Of a stretch of DNA of 64,000 bases, positions 1-8,402 are shown one piece after another. The stretch's first letter is position 1. Each line of letters starts with the position of its first letter. This DNA comes from Spirochaetia bacterium. Its GTDB lineage: Bacteria; Spirochaetota; Spirochaetia; SZUA-6; Bin103. Position numbers and translations under genes: made by a program. The stretch is from assembly GCA_965203905.1 (NCBI GenBank), contig CBDBDQ010000005.1:4832001-4896000 (forward strand). The letters run 5' to 3'. The notes under the pieces are model-generated. The model was not told the DNA's origin. It searched no databases and saw only the letters and a list, made by a program, of their open reading frames with translations.

Positions 1-225
1 CCACTCGTATTCGAGGCCGAACTTGTCGCGCAGGAGATCCTTGCGGATATCCATCACCGCCTTCGGCTCGTTGGCGTTGATGTCGTTGGTGAGCGCCGTG
101 ATGGTGACGACTTCCATCGTCTCCGGAGCGGCGGTCTCCTCGGTTGCCGCGGCGAACAACGGGCCCGCGACCAGCACCAGCGCACCGGCCAGCGCCAGCA
201 GGCTCATTCTCTTCACTCTCTTCAC
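1..225 (-). CDS. Carbohydrate ABC substrate-binding protein, N-terminus (runs off the window edge)
   Basis: GTG start at 225 after SD GGAGG; reads MKRVKRMSLLALAGALVLVAGPLFAAATEETAAP (signal peptide); follows two CUT1 permeases. Confidence 0.8.
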   Translation of the reverse strand, partial: MKRVKRMSLLALAGALVLVAGPLFAAATEETAAPETMEVVTITALTNDINANEPKAVMDIRKDLLRDKFGLEYEW

Positions 226-323
226 TTGTGTTCCTCCGTTTCGTAATACGGACGACAACGATGTACGCCCACCTGGCGCACCCTTGACTTGCGAAGTCTC
301 CTTTCCTGCGCCTACCCCCTCGT

Positions 324-1223
324 TCAGTCCTTCAGCGATCCGATCATCACGCCCTTCACGAAGTAGCGCTGGATGAACGGATAGAGTATCAGCATCGGCA
401 GCATGGTGATAGCGATCAGGCCGTACTTGATGCCCTGGATCGCCACCGCCTCCTGCTCCATCAGGTCGTTGCGCCCGTACTGGTCCTGCATGAACGACAG
501 CCGCGCCATCTCGGTGCGCATCACGATGTCACGCAACACGAGCTGCATCGGGTACTTCCTGGTGTCGTAGAGATAGATCATGGCGTCGAAGAACGCATTC
601 CAGTGGCTCACCGCGTAGAACAATGCGATGGTCGCCACTCCCGCCTTGGCCAGCGGCATCACGATGCGCACCAGCACCGTCGTCTCCTTGGCGCCCTCCA
701 GGAAGGCCGACTCCTCCAGTTCCTCCGGCACCTGCTTGAAGAAGGTGCGCAGCACCAGCAGGTTGAACGCGCTGATGGCGATCGGCACTGTGAGCGCCAG
801 GAAGGTGTCGTACATGCCCAGCGCACGCACCACCATGAAGCGCGGAATCAGGCCGCCGCTGAAGAACATGGTCACCACGATCATTACCGTGAAGATGCGC
901 CGGAACGGCAGCCGCCGCTTGGCCAGCGGGTAGGCCATGGTCACGGTGAAGGCCAGGTTCACGGCCGTGCCGAGCAGGGTGATGAGCACCGAGTTCAGAA
1001 ACGAGCGCGGGATCATCGGATCCATGAACAGGATCGAGTAGTGCTTGAGCGAGAACCCGACGGGGAAGAACGACACGTGGCCGGCGATGATGTGGTAGGT
1101 CTCGCTGACCGAGTTGGAGAGGATGTTGAGCACCGGGAAGATGGTGGTGATCAGCACCACGGCGATCACCGCGTGCACCGCCAGGCCGACCAGGCGAGAG
1201 GAGAGCGAGCGGTCGACTACCAC
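324..1223 (-). CDS. Carbohydrate ABC permease (MalG/LplC-like)
   Basis: EAA loop EELEESAFLEGA, C-terminal PFIQRYFVKGVMIGSLKD; GTG start overlaps the upstream stop. Confidence 0.92.
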   Translation of the reverse strand: MVVDRSLSSRLVGLAVHAVIAVVLITTIFPVLNILSNSVSETYHIIAGHVSFFPVGFSLKHYSILFMDPMIPRSFLNSVLITLLGTAVNLAFTVTMAYPLAKRRLPFRRIFTVMIVVTMFFSGGLIPRFMVVRALGMYDTFLALTVPIAISAFNLLVLRTFFKQVPEELEESAFLEGAKETTVLVRIVMPLAKAGVATIALFYAVSHWNAFFDAMIYLYDTRKYPMQLVLRDIVMRTEMARLSFMQDQYGRNDLMEQEAVAIQGIKYGLIAITMLPMLILYPFIQRYFVKGVMIGSLKD

Positions 1224-2263
1224 AGGCTCTCGTCCGAGACCTTGCGTGCCGTGTAGTTGGCAACTACCAGCAGCAGCAGGTTGACCACCGAGTTGAACAG
1301 TCCCACCGCGGTGGCGAAGGAGTAGTCGAACTTGACGATGCCGCGGCGGTACACGTAGGTGCCGATGACGTCGGCGACCTCGTAGGTGAGCGGGCTGTAC
1401 ATCAGCAGGATCTTCTCGATCCCGACGTTGACGAAGGCACCGACGCGCAGGATGAGCAGGATCATGATGGTGGGCAGGATCGAGGGCAGCGTGATGCGCA
1501 CGATCTTCTGCAGCCGGCTGGCGCCGTCGATCGCCGCCGACTCGTAGAGCGAGGTCGGGATGCCGTACATGGCGGCCAGGTACACGATCGCCCCCCAGCC
1601 GATGCCGGCCCAGATGCTGGAGCCCACGTACAGCGGCCGGAACCAGCCCGGCTCGGCCAGGAAGTAGATCGGCTCGATGCCGATGCTGCTGAGCAGCCAG
1701 TTGACGTAGCCGTCGCTGGGCGAGAACAGCATCACCATCATGGCGACCACCGACACCGTGGAGATGAAGTGGGGGAGGAAGCTGATGGTCTGCGCGAACT
1801 TGCGGTAGAACAGGTTGTGCACCTCGTACAGGCACAGCGCGAACAGGATCGCCGCCGGGAACTCGAACAGCACCGAGTAGAAGCCCAGCACCACGGTGTT
1901 GCGCAGCAGCGGAAAGAACTTGGGCCCGGTGAAGAAGTCGACGAAGTGCTTGAACCCGATCCAGGGGCTGGTCAGGTAGTTGGCCACCACCCCCTGCCCG
2001 TACTTGGGCGCGTAGTCGACGAACGAGAGCGAGATGCCGTAGATCGGCAGGTAGTGGAAGATGACGAAGTAGAGGACGCCGGGAGTGATCAGGTAGAGCA
2101 GGGCGCGGTTCTTCTTGACCTCGCGCCAGAGCGCGCGCCGCTCCCGGTACGCGGCATCGCTCGCCACCGGTGCTTGCTGGGTCGCTTCTACGGCTGTCGG
2201 CGTGCCACCGGTTTGCTGCTCGGCGATGCGGTTAGCGGTAACAGACGCCCATCCGGTTGTCAA
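1217..2263 (-). CDS. Carbohydrate ABC permease (MalF/LplB-like); true start probably downstream of 2263
   Basis: LYESAAIDGASRLQKI, FLPHFIS, multiple TM segments; TTG at 2263 is part of a TTGACA -35 candidate. Confidence 0.92.
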   Translation of the reverse strand: MTTGWASVTANRIAEQQTGGTPTAVEATQQAPVASDAAYRERRALWREVKKNRALLYLITPGVLYFVIFHYLPIYGISLSFVDYAPKYGQGVVANYLTSPWIGFKHFVDFFTGPKFFPLLRNTVVLGFYSVLFEFPAAILFALCLYEVHNLFYRKFAQTISFLPHFISTVSVVAMMVMLFSPSDGYVNWLLSSIGIEPIYFLAEPGWFRPLYVGSSIWAGIGWGAIVYLAAMYGIPTSLYESAAIDGASRLQKIVRITLPSILPTIMILLILRVGAFVNVGIEKILLMYSPLTYEVADVIGTYVYRRGIVKFDYSFATAVGLFNSVVNLLLLVVANYTARKVSDESLW

Positions 2264-2323
2264 GCTCGCCCGGCCGGGTCGTAGGGTACAGCCAGCCGCG
2301 GCACGTCGTCTCTGTTGACCAAT

Positions 2324-3673
2324 TCAGTTGCTCGGTCTCTTCCAGGCGTTCGCCTGGTAGAAGGCCGCTCTGCCAACGCCGCCGCGCTCCACGAGCCCGG
2401 CATCCCGCAGCGCGCGGAGTTCGCGCAGCGCCGTATCGCCGCTGACGGCCAGGAAGGTCGCCGCCTCTTCCTTGGTGGTGCGCGTGCGTCCGGCGACGAA
2501 GTGAAACAGCCGGCTCTGACGGGCCGAGAGTGGGGACTCGGTGTCCAGCCGCGGCCGGAAGGTGACCACGAAGAAGTTGGATGCCGCAATCTCCATCGGC
2601 GGGTTGCCGTTCTCCTCCAGCGCCTGCCTCATCCTCGGAATGCCACTGCCGACGCGTTCCACGTAGCGGGCGCGGAACAGGAGATCGGCCACCAGGCGGT
2701 TGCGACGCACACTGCGCTTGCCGAGGTCTGCCAGCGACAGTCCACTGAACAGGCCACCGGGGTTCTCGACTTCCAGCCGGTCCGCGAAGATGCTGACGAA
2801 AACATGCGCCGCATCGTAGTGGTAGTCGCGATGCATGACCGCGTTGGTGATCGCCTCCCTGATGGCGACCAGCGGGTACTCGTACACCTCGCGGCGTTGC
2901 GGGCGAGCGTCCACGAGGTACGCGGTGCGGATGTTCCGGGTAGTGAAGGCTAGCGCACCCTCGATGAGCTCGGGAGGGCTGCCGGTTATCTCCTGCCGAT
3001 CGAGCACGTTGAGCCGCTCCGATCCCGCGAAGCGCACGCAGCTTACGTGACTTTCCTTCACGAAGCGTTGTGGATCCCGAGCGAAGAACAGGACGCCGCC
3101 TTGCCGGAGCAAGATGCCCTCCGCGGCCGGTACCGCCGCGTCGAGACTCGCAAGCAGGTCTTCCGGACGCGCCTCGAAGCGTATTCCCGCGGCCCGCAGG
3201 TAGGCGCGGTAGCGGTTCGGGTCGAAGTCCTGCGGGTAGCGAAAGTGCCGGTTGACGCTCTCGTCGAAATGGTAGTCGCCGGCCTGTAGCACCAGTCGCC
3301 GTATCTCGGCGGTGCTGAGCTTCTGCGTCGTCGCGCCCTGCCTCAGGTAGAAGCCTTCCTTGCAGCGATACGGTTTCTGTACCCCCTCGGCCACCACCAC
3401 TTCCAGCACGCCGGGGCCAGGGTTGGCTACCTCGACCTGAACCGAAGGGTCGCAGTTGCGGGCGATGGCCTGTATCTCGCTGCGAATGCGGTTGGAGGTG
3501 TCGACGCCAACCACCTCGCCCGCATCGTCGACGCCGAGTAGAACCGTGCCGCCCGCCGAGTTCGCGAATGCAACTATTTCACGGTCGAGCCGGGACAGTG
3601 ACTGTCTGAATTCGAGGCGCTGGCCTTCCCCATCGGCCAGGAGGAGGGCGAGGCGGCCTGCCGGGTCGATCAT
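2324..3673 (-). CDS. AlbA_2 (Schlafen-like) + HATPase_c_4 (RecG C-terminal-like) + C-terminal HTH protein
   Basis: GEGQRLEF..EIVAFANSAGGTVLLGVDD; AIREAITNAVMHRDY; ENPGGL; ERVGSGIPRM; C-terminal HTH; start MIDP at 3673. Confidence 0.88.
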   Translation of the reverse strand: MIDPAGRLALLLADGEGQRLEFRQSLSRLDREIVAFANSAGGTVLLGVDDAGEVVGVDTSNRIRSEIQAIARNCDPSVQVEVANPGPGVLEVVVAEGVQKPYRCKEGFYLRQGATTQKLSTAEIRRLVLQAGDYHFDESVNRHFRYPQDFDPNRYRAYLRAAGIRFEARPEDLLASLDAAVPAAEGILLRQGGVLFFARDPQRFVKESHVSCVRFAGSERLNVLDRQEITGSPPELIEGALAFTTRNIRTAYLVDARPQRREVYEYPLVAIREAITNAVMHRDYHYDAAHVFVSIFADRLEVENPGGLFSGLSLADLGKRSVRRNRLVADLLFRARYVERVGSGIPRMRQALEENGNPPMEIAASNFFVVTFRPRLDTESPLSARQSRLFHFVAGRTRTTKEEAATFLAVSGDTALRELRALRDAGLVERGGVGRAAFYQANAWKRPSN

Positions 3674-3714
3674 TCGTAGCCAGTGTACCAAGACAGATCT
3701 GCAGCGTACAGTGC

Positions 3715-3747
3715 TTGCGGCGCAATTGCGGCGCAAATGCGGCGCAT
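3715..3747. repeat. Three tandem 11-bp palindromes (TTGCGGCGCAA x2, ATGCGGCGCAT)
   Basis: Read directly; lies just upstream of the AlbA-gene promoter. Confidence 0.8.
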
Positions 3748-3788
3748 TGCACCAGATGGTGCCCTGATGCCAGACATGGGAAATGGCC

Positions 3789-4013
3789 GGGTGCATTCTT
3801 TCTCTGTGGCACCTGCGGCATCTGTGGTACGGGAAATAGAGACCCCTCCCAGAGATTCGATGATGTGGTAAGCATCTACCCCGGTGATGAGTCGTCGCTT
3901 CTGGGACGACTACGAAAGCCTGCTTCCCTCATCGCCCGCCCCAGAATCCACCCAGACCCAGCCAGACCCAGCTCGAGGCGGCCTGACCGCTACCACACTG
4001 ACGGAATGCACCC
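3789..4013 (+). mobile_element. 225-bp MITE-like internally deleted IS (IRL + transposase tail + IRR)
   Basis: Imperfect ~23-bp terminal inverted repeats; tail reads VMSRRFWDDYESLL..TQTQ; 3945-4013 repeated at 5955-6013. Confidence 0.7.
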
Positions 4014-4028
4014 CAGCGCCACCTTGCC

Positions 4029-5408
4029 TCACGTCACCGAGTCTCGCGGTGCGGAGCGCTGCCGGCGCTCGTGGCGGTAACGGTGGTGAGCCGCGCAGCG
4101 CAAGACCAGGTTCCCCGGCTCCGCGCCGCCGCCCACCGCGACCGGAACGATGTGGTCCATCTCGAGGAAGAAGCGCGAGCCGCAGCGCCGCCCGCTGTCC
4201 CGGTCGACGAAGGTGCAGCAGCCCTGGTCGCGCCGCCAAACCTCTCGTTTCACCGCAGCCGGAATCGATCTGCCCGACGATCTGGCGGACTTCTCCACCG
4301 AAGTCGGCTCCCCTGCGCCGCCGGTCCTCCGTTCCGGTGTCGAACTACCGGTTGCCACGCGGGACTTCGCCGCCGAAGTCGGCTCCGCCGATCCTGCGCC
4401 CCCCGTGCTCCGCTCCGAAGTCGAATCGCCGGCTGCCACGCGCGGCTTCGGCGCCGAAGTGCTGTCTGCTGCCGGCTGCGCGGACCCCTTCGTCGCCGAA
4501 GGGGACACCGCCGCCGCCGCGGACTTCCCGGGCCGGTCCGGGTTCTCCGCCGCCGCCGCGACGCGATCTGCCGTCTCCCGCCCCGCTGTCCCGGACGCAC
4601 GCTCGTCACTGATAGAGTCTGACTTCCGCTTCCGGCGGCGCGGCCGGCTCGGATCGTGGCGCTCCAATCCCTCCCGCACCAGCCGCCCGACGAGTTGCCC
4701 GACCGTCAGGTGCGGATCCACGTGCGACAGCAGCTCCCGCAGCTGCTGCAATCCACGCTGGCACTCGGCGTCGATCACCGCCTTCAGCTCCCAGCGCCCG
4801 TCCCCCAGCGCCCGCAGCCGCTCGGCGGGCGCCGCCGCCTCGGGATCCACCTCGGCCAGCATCTGCTGCACCTGCCGGGTGCTCTTGCCCACCGCCTGCT
4901 CCACCAGCCGCTGCCGGGCGTGCGCATCCAGCACGGGCGATGGCGAACCCTCCGCCTCGCCCGGCGTCGCGGATGGAGCCGAGCCGGCACGCGGCGCGGC
5001 GCTGGTGCCGGCTCCCGGCGATCCGGCGGCGGTCCGTCCGCCTGCGCTGCGGTCCCAGCGCTCGAACGAGTTCTGCAACAGGGCGGCGTTGCTCAGGTTC
5101 AGCGAGCCGTCCTGCAGCCACGCGCGGACGCCGCGGGTTTCGCGGCACAGGCGCATGGCCTTGATACGGCGCCAAGCGGCTGCCTCGGTATAGCGCAGCT
5201 CGCGCACGGTGTAGTCGAACAAGCTGGAGTAGCCGAGGCGCAGATACAGGCGCCGAGCCTCGATCTCGCGCAGGTGGTCGAGGACGCTGAGCTGCAGCGC
5301 CTGCTCGTGGCGGGCGAGCATCCTGGTCTGTTCCAGCAGCACCTGGTCGGGGAGCACGGCGACGGTGGAGAAGAGTTCTTCGGAGGCTGCTTCTGTCACG
5401 TTCGTCAT
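4029..5408 (-). CDS. HNH endonuclease with N-terminal helical domain and low-complexity repeat linker
   Basis: C-terminal VKREVWRRDQGCCTFVD..CGSRFFLEMDHIVPVAVGGGAEPGNLVLRCAAHH; N-terminal LYLRLGYSSLFDY. Confidence 0.88.
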   Translation of the reverse strand: MTNVTEAASEELFSTVAVLPDQVLLEQTRMLARHEQALQLSVLDHLREIEARRLYLRLGYSSLFDYTVRELRYTEAAAWRRIKAMRLCRETRGVRAWLQDGSLNLSNAALLQNSFERWDRSAGGRTAAGSPGAGTSAAPRAGSAPSATPGEAEGSPSPVLDAHARQRLVEQAVGKSTRQVQQMLAEVDPEAAAPAERLRALGDGRWELKAVIDAECQRGLQQLRELLSHVDPHLTVGQLVGRLVREGLERHDPSRPRRRKRKSDSISDERASGTAGRETADRVAAAAENPDRPGKSAAAAVSPSATKGSAQPAADSTSAPKPRVAAGDSTSERSTGGAGSAEPTSAAKSRVATGSSTPERRTGGAGEPTSVEKSARSSGRSIPAAVKREVWRRDQGCCTFVDRDSGRRCGSRFFLEMDHIVPVAVGGGAEPGNLVLRCAAHHRYRHERRQRSAPRDSVT

Positions 5409-5619
5409 GGCGTAAATATACTACTGAATTGAAAATGCCTCGAACTTCCAGGTCTCGGACGGGCTTCGGAGATGGCTCAGGACGGGCGTAGCAGGGCGCT
5501 GTCGAGCCAGCGGGCGCGAAGTGTTCTCTGGAAAGTCGGAAGCGCCGCTACGGCCCGTAGAGGGCCGTCATGAGCGCGTCAGAATGCGTCAAGTGTTTTT
5601 CTTGCGAATTTTGGGGATT

Positions 5620-5802
5620 TCTTGGATCGTCAGCCGGCAGCACCGGCCGGGACATCTGCCGCACCGCCGCCTGCTGCGATGCCGTCAGAGCCGCCTCGAC
5701 GTTCACGGCAAAGACCTCCCGCCACGTCTTCAACGAGACGGCCGACACCCACACCTCCGGCGCCAGGTCCACGACGACGCCCATGTTGTTGACGACGCCC
5801 AC
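5620..5802 (-). pseudogene. Short-chain dehydrogenase fragment
   Basis: VVNNMGV...SLKTWREVFAVNVEAALTASQQAAVRQM resembles the SDR NNAG / W...NV segment; no start or end. Confidence 0.5.
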
Positions 5803-5986
5803 CGCTACAGCAAGCAGCAGTGCTACGACCTCCAGGGCGAGATCAACTACTTCACGGCCAACCAGCAGCGCATGGACTACCCGCTGTATCGGTCGTGCGG
5901 TCTGCCGATCGGCAGCGGGGTCAGTCGAGGGGGCCTGCAAGAAACGTGGTCGCCAATCCACCCAGACCCAGATCGAGGCTGCCTGA
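5803..5986 (+). pseudogene. ISKra4-family transposase C-terminal fragment (frameshifted, deleted)
   Basis: INYFTANQQRMDYPLYRSCGLPIGSG, frameshift, VEGACK, then TQTQIEAA* followed by the IRR. Confidence 0.8.
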
Positions 5987-6013
5987 CCGCTACCACAGTG
6001 ACGGAATGCACCC

Positions 6014-6138
6014 GAATTGGCCTCGCGGCTTGGCATTCTGGCCCGGTCTGTGCCTGACGATCATCGTATTCAGCCTGGATCTGTTCGCCGCCGCCCTCGG
6101 GTACCTGCTCGATCCCCGGCCGGGGGGTGGTGCAGGGC
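6014..6138 (+). pseudogene. 3' relic of a DppC-like permease
   Basis: LAFWPGLCLTIIVFSLDLFAAALGYLLDPRPGGGAG aligns with the C-termini of 11351-12418 and 18246-19160. Confidence 0.8.
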
Positions 6139-6234
6139 ATCTCGCGGCTGATCGCGTCGTCCGGCGAGCGTCATGCTACACTCCACGAGAAGGCGCCGGG
6201 CCAACCCCAAGCGTCGTCAACGAGGATCGCAACC

Positions 6235-7821
6235 ATGCGTTCGTTCAACACTGCCGGTCCCGTCAAGCCCGACATGCACTATTGCATCCCGCCGCTTGAG
6301 CGCATCGACCTGGACGAGGTCCTTCGGCTGGTGCAAGACAAGAAGTACTTCGTGCTGCACGCGCCGCGGCAGACCGGCAAGACGTCGGTGCTGCTGGCGC
6401 TGGCCGAGGTGCTGAACGGAAGCGGCTACCGGTGCGTGTACGTTACGTTCGAAACCGCCCGCACCGCGCGCGACGACGTGCAACGGGCGATGCGCACGGT
6501 GCTCGCCACGCTGGCGTCGCAGGCGCGGGCGACGCTGGACGACGACTTTCCGGACGACATCTGGCCGGACGTTCTGGCGCGGGTCGGTCCGGACTTGGCG
6601 CTGGGCGTAGCTCTGGAGCGCTGGGCGCAGGCGTCGCCGGGACCGCTGGTGCTGCTGATCGACGAGATCGACACACTGGTGGGCGATTCGCTGCTGTCGG
6701 TGCTCCAGCAGCTCCGCGCCGGCTATCCCGGCCGTCCGGAGCGCTTCCCCCACAGCGTGGTCCTGTGCGGCATGCGCGACCTGCGCGACCTGCGCGACTA
6801 CCGCATGGGCGCTGCCGGCAGCCCGTTCAACATCGCCGCGAAGTCGCTGCGGCTGGGTGACTTCTCGCGCGAGCAGACGCTGGCGTTGCTGGCCCAGCAC
6901 ACCGAGCAGACCGGCCAGGCGTTCGCGCCCGAGGCGCTGGAGGCGGTGTGGACGCAGACCCGCGGCCAGCCCTGGCTGGTGAACGCGCTGGCGTACGGTG
7001 TCTGTTTCGAGAACAGGACGCTGCGCGAAGACCGTTCCCGCACGGTGGCCGCGGATGACATCGCGGCGGTGCGCGAGGAGCTGATCGTGAACCGGGTGAC
7101 GCACCTGGACTACCTGGCGGACAAGCTGCGCGAGGACCGCGTGCGGCGGGTGATCGAGCCGATGCTGAGCGGCACGCACCGGCACGCCTTCACGGACCGC
7201 GATGTCGGGTACGCGCGCGACCTCGGGTTGCTGGCCCGCGATGCGCCGCTGCGGGTGGCCAACCCGATCTACGCCGAAGTGCTGCCGCGCGAATTGGCGT
7301 GGGTGGCGCAGGAGACGCTGGAGCTGTCGCCGCCGCGGTACGTGAGGGCGGACGGCAGCCTGGACGCGGAGTTGCTGATGGCGGAGTTCCAGGGCTTCTT
7401 CCGTCGCCACTCCGAGCACTGGCGGACCCGCTTCGCGTACGAGGAGGCGTGGCCGCAGTTGCTGCTGCAGGCGTACCTGCAGCGGGTGGTGAACGGCGGC
7501 GGCCGCATCGAGCGGGAGTACGCGCTGGGGAGCGGCAGGGTGGACCTGCTGATCGTGTGGCCGCTGGCGGACCGGGTGCAGGAGTTCGTGGTGGAGTGCA
7601 AGGTGGTGCGCGAGCACGACGGGCTGGAGCGCGTGGTGGACGAGGGCGTGGAGCAGACGGCGCGCTACGTGGATCGCTGCGCGGCAGAGGCGGGGCACCT
7701 AGTGGTGATCGACCGGCGGGAGAACCGGAGCTGGGAGGAGAAGATCTACCGTATCCGGCGCCGCTCGGAGCATCTGCGGCGCGGCGGCGACGCCGTGCCG
7801 GTAGCGGTGTGGGGGATGTGA
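6235..7821 (+). CDS. AAA-like ATPase with C-terminal PD-(D/E)XK nuclease-like domain
   Basis: MRSFNTAGP start, Walker A APRQTGKTS, Walker B LLIDEID, C-terminal REYALGSGRVDL..VVECK. Confidence 0.88.
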   Translation: MRSFNTAGPVKPDMHYCIPPLERIDLDEVLRLVQDKKYFVLHAPRQTGKTSVLLALAEVLNGSGYRCVYVTFETARTARDDVQRAMRTVLATLASQARATLDDDFPDDIWPDVLARVGPDLALGVALERWAQASPGPLVLLIDEIDTLVGDSLLSVLQQLRAGYPGRPERFPHSVVLCGMRDLRDLRDYRMGAAGSPFNIAAKSLRLGDFSREQTLALLAQHTEQTGQAFAPEALEAVWTQTRGQPWLVNALAYGVCFENRTLREDRSRTVAADDIAAVREELIVNRVTHLDYLADKLREDRVRRVIEPMLSGTHRHAFTDRDVGYARDLGLLARDAPLRVANPIYAEVLPRELAWVAQETLELSPPRYVRADGSLDAELLMAEFQGFFRRHSEHWRTRFAYEEAWPQLLLQAYLQRVVNGGGRIEREYALGSGRVDLLIVWPLADRVQEFVVECKVVREHDGLERVVDEGVEQTARYVDRCAAEAGHLVVIDRRENRSWEEKIYRIRRRSEHLRRGGDAVPVAVWGM

Positions 7822-7876
7822 GTCGGCGGCGGTCGACCCTGATCCGCGGCCCGTTGCCGTTGCTCAGAACGCGCGG

Positions 7877-8402
7877 TTGACAGACTGCGGCGGGCGGTGC
7901 ATGGTGATTCATTCCAAGGTTTCACTCGTGCCCACGATGCGTGACCATAGCACTCAGCGCTGCTACCAGTTGACGCAACCGGTGCCCCCCCCCCGGCAGC
8001 TTAAGTCTCGTAAATCTTTCAAACGTAAACAGTAGCACCAACCACACGGCTCTTTCGCCGGGCTCCGCCGCGGGCGCCGGCCGGCGCAGCCCGCTACCCG
8101 CCATCTCCAATCCCCCGGCGTTGCCGGACATGGGAACCAGCTACCGGCGAGCCGCCGCCACGCCCGAGGTCGGCGTGCGCCCGCGACCGTCCGGATCGCG
8201 AACGAGGGGGCCCGTGAAGAGGTAAATCCACGCCGCGGGCCGCGGCGGCGCCGTTGCCGCTGATCGCCCCGGGGGCAACTCGAAGTTGTCGCCCTCGTCG
8301 AAATCGCCTGCCCCGCAGAGGGTGCAGACCGGCACACAGGCCGCGGGAACAGGCGAGGGACCGGCACCGAATCGGATGTTCCCGAAACAGAGGAGATTCG
8401 TC
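7877..8402 (+). promoter_or_regulatory. Promoter and long (~490 nt) 5' leader of binding-protein gene 1, with poly-C uORF
   Basis: TTGACA(7877)-17-CATGGT; uORF 7937-8035 MRDHSTQRCYQLTQPVPPPRQLKSRKSFKRKQ with C10 at 7985-7994; motifs shared with 14779-15325. Confidence 0.55.

Larger units (their letters stand above)
3789..6013 (+). mobile_element. ISKra4 (IS256-superfamily)-derived composite, non-autonomous element carrying an HNH gene
   Basis: IRL GGGTGCATTCTTTCTCTGTGGCA at 3789; matching right ends finishing at 4013 and 6013; flanks GAAATGGCC (3780-3788) and GAATTGGCC (6014-6022). Confidence 0.7.
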
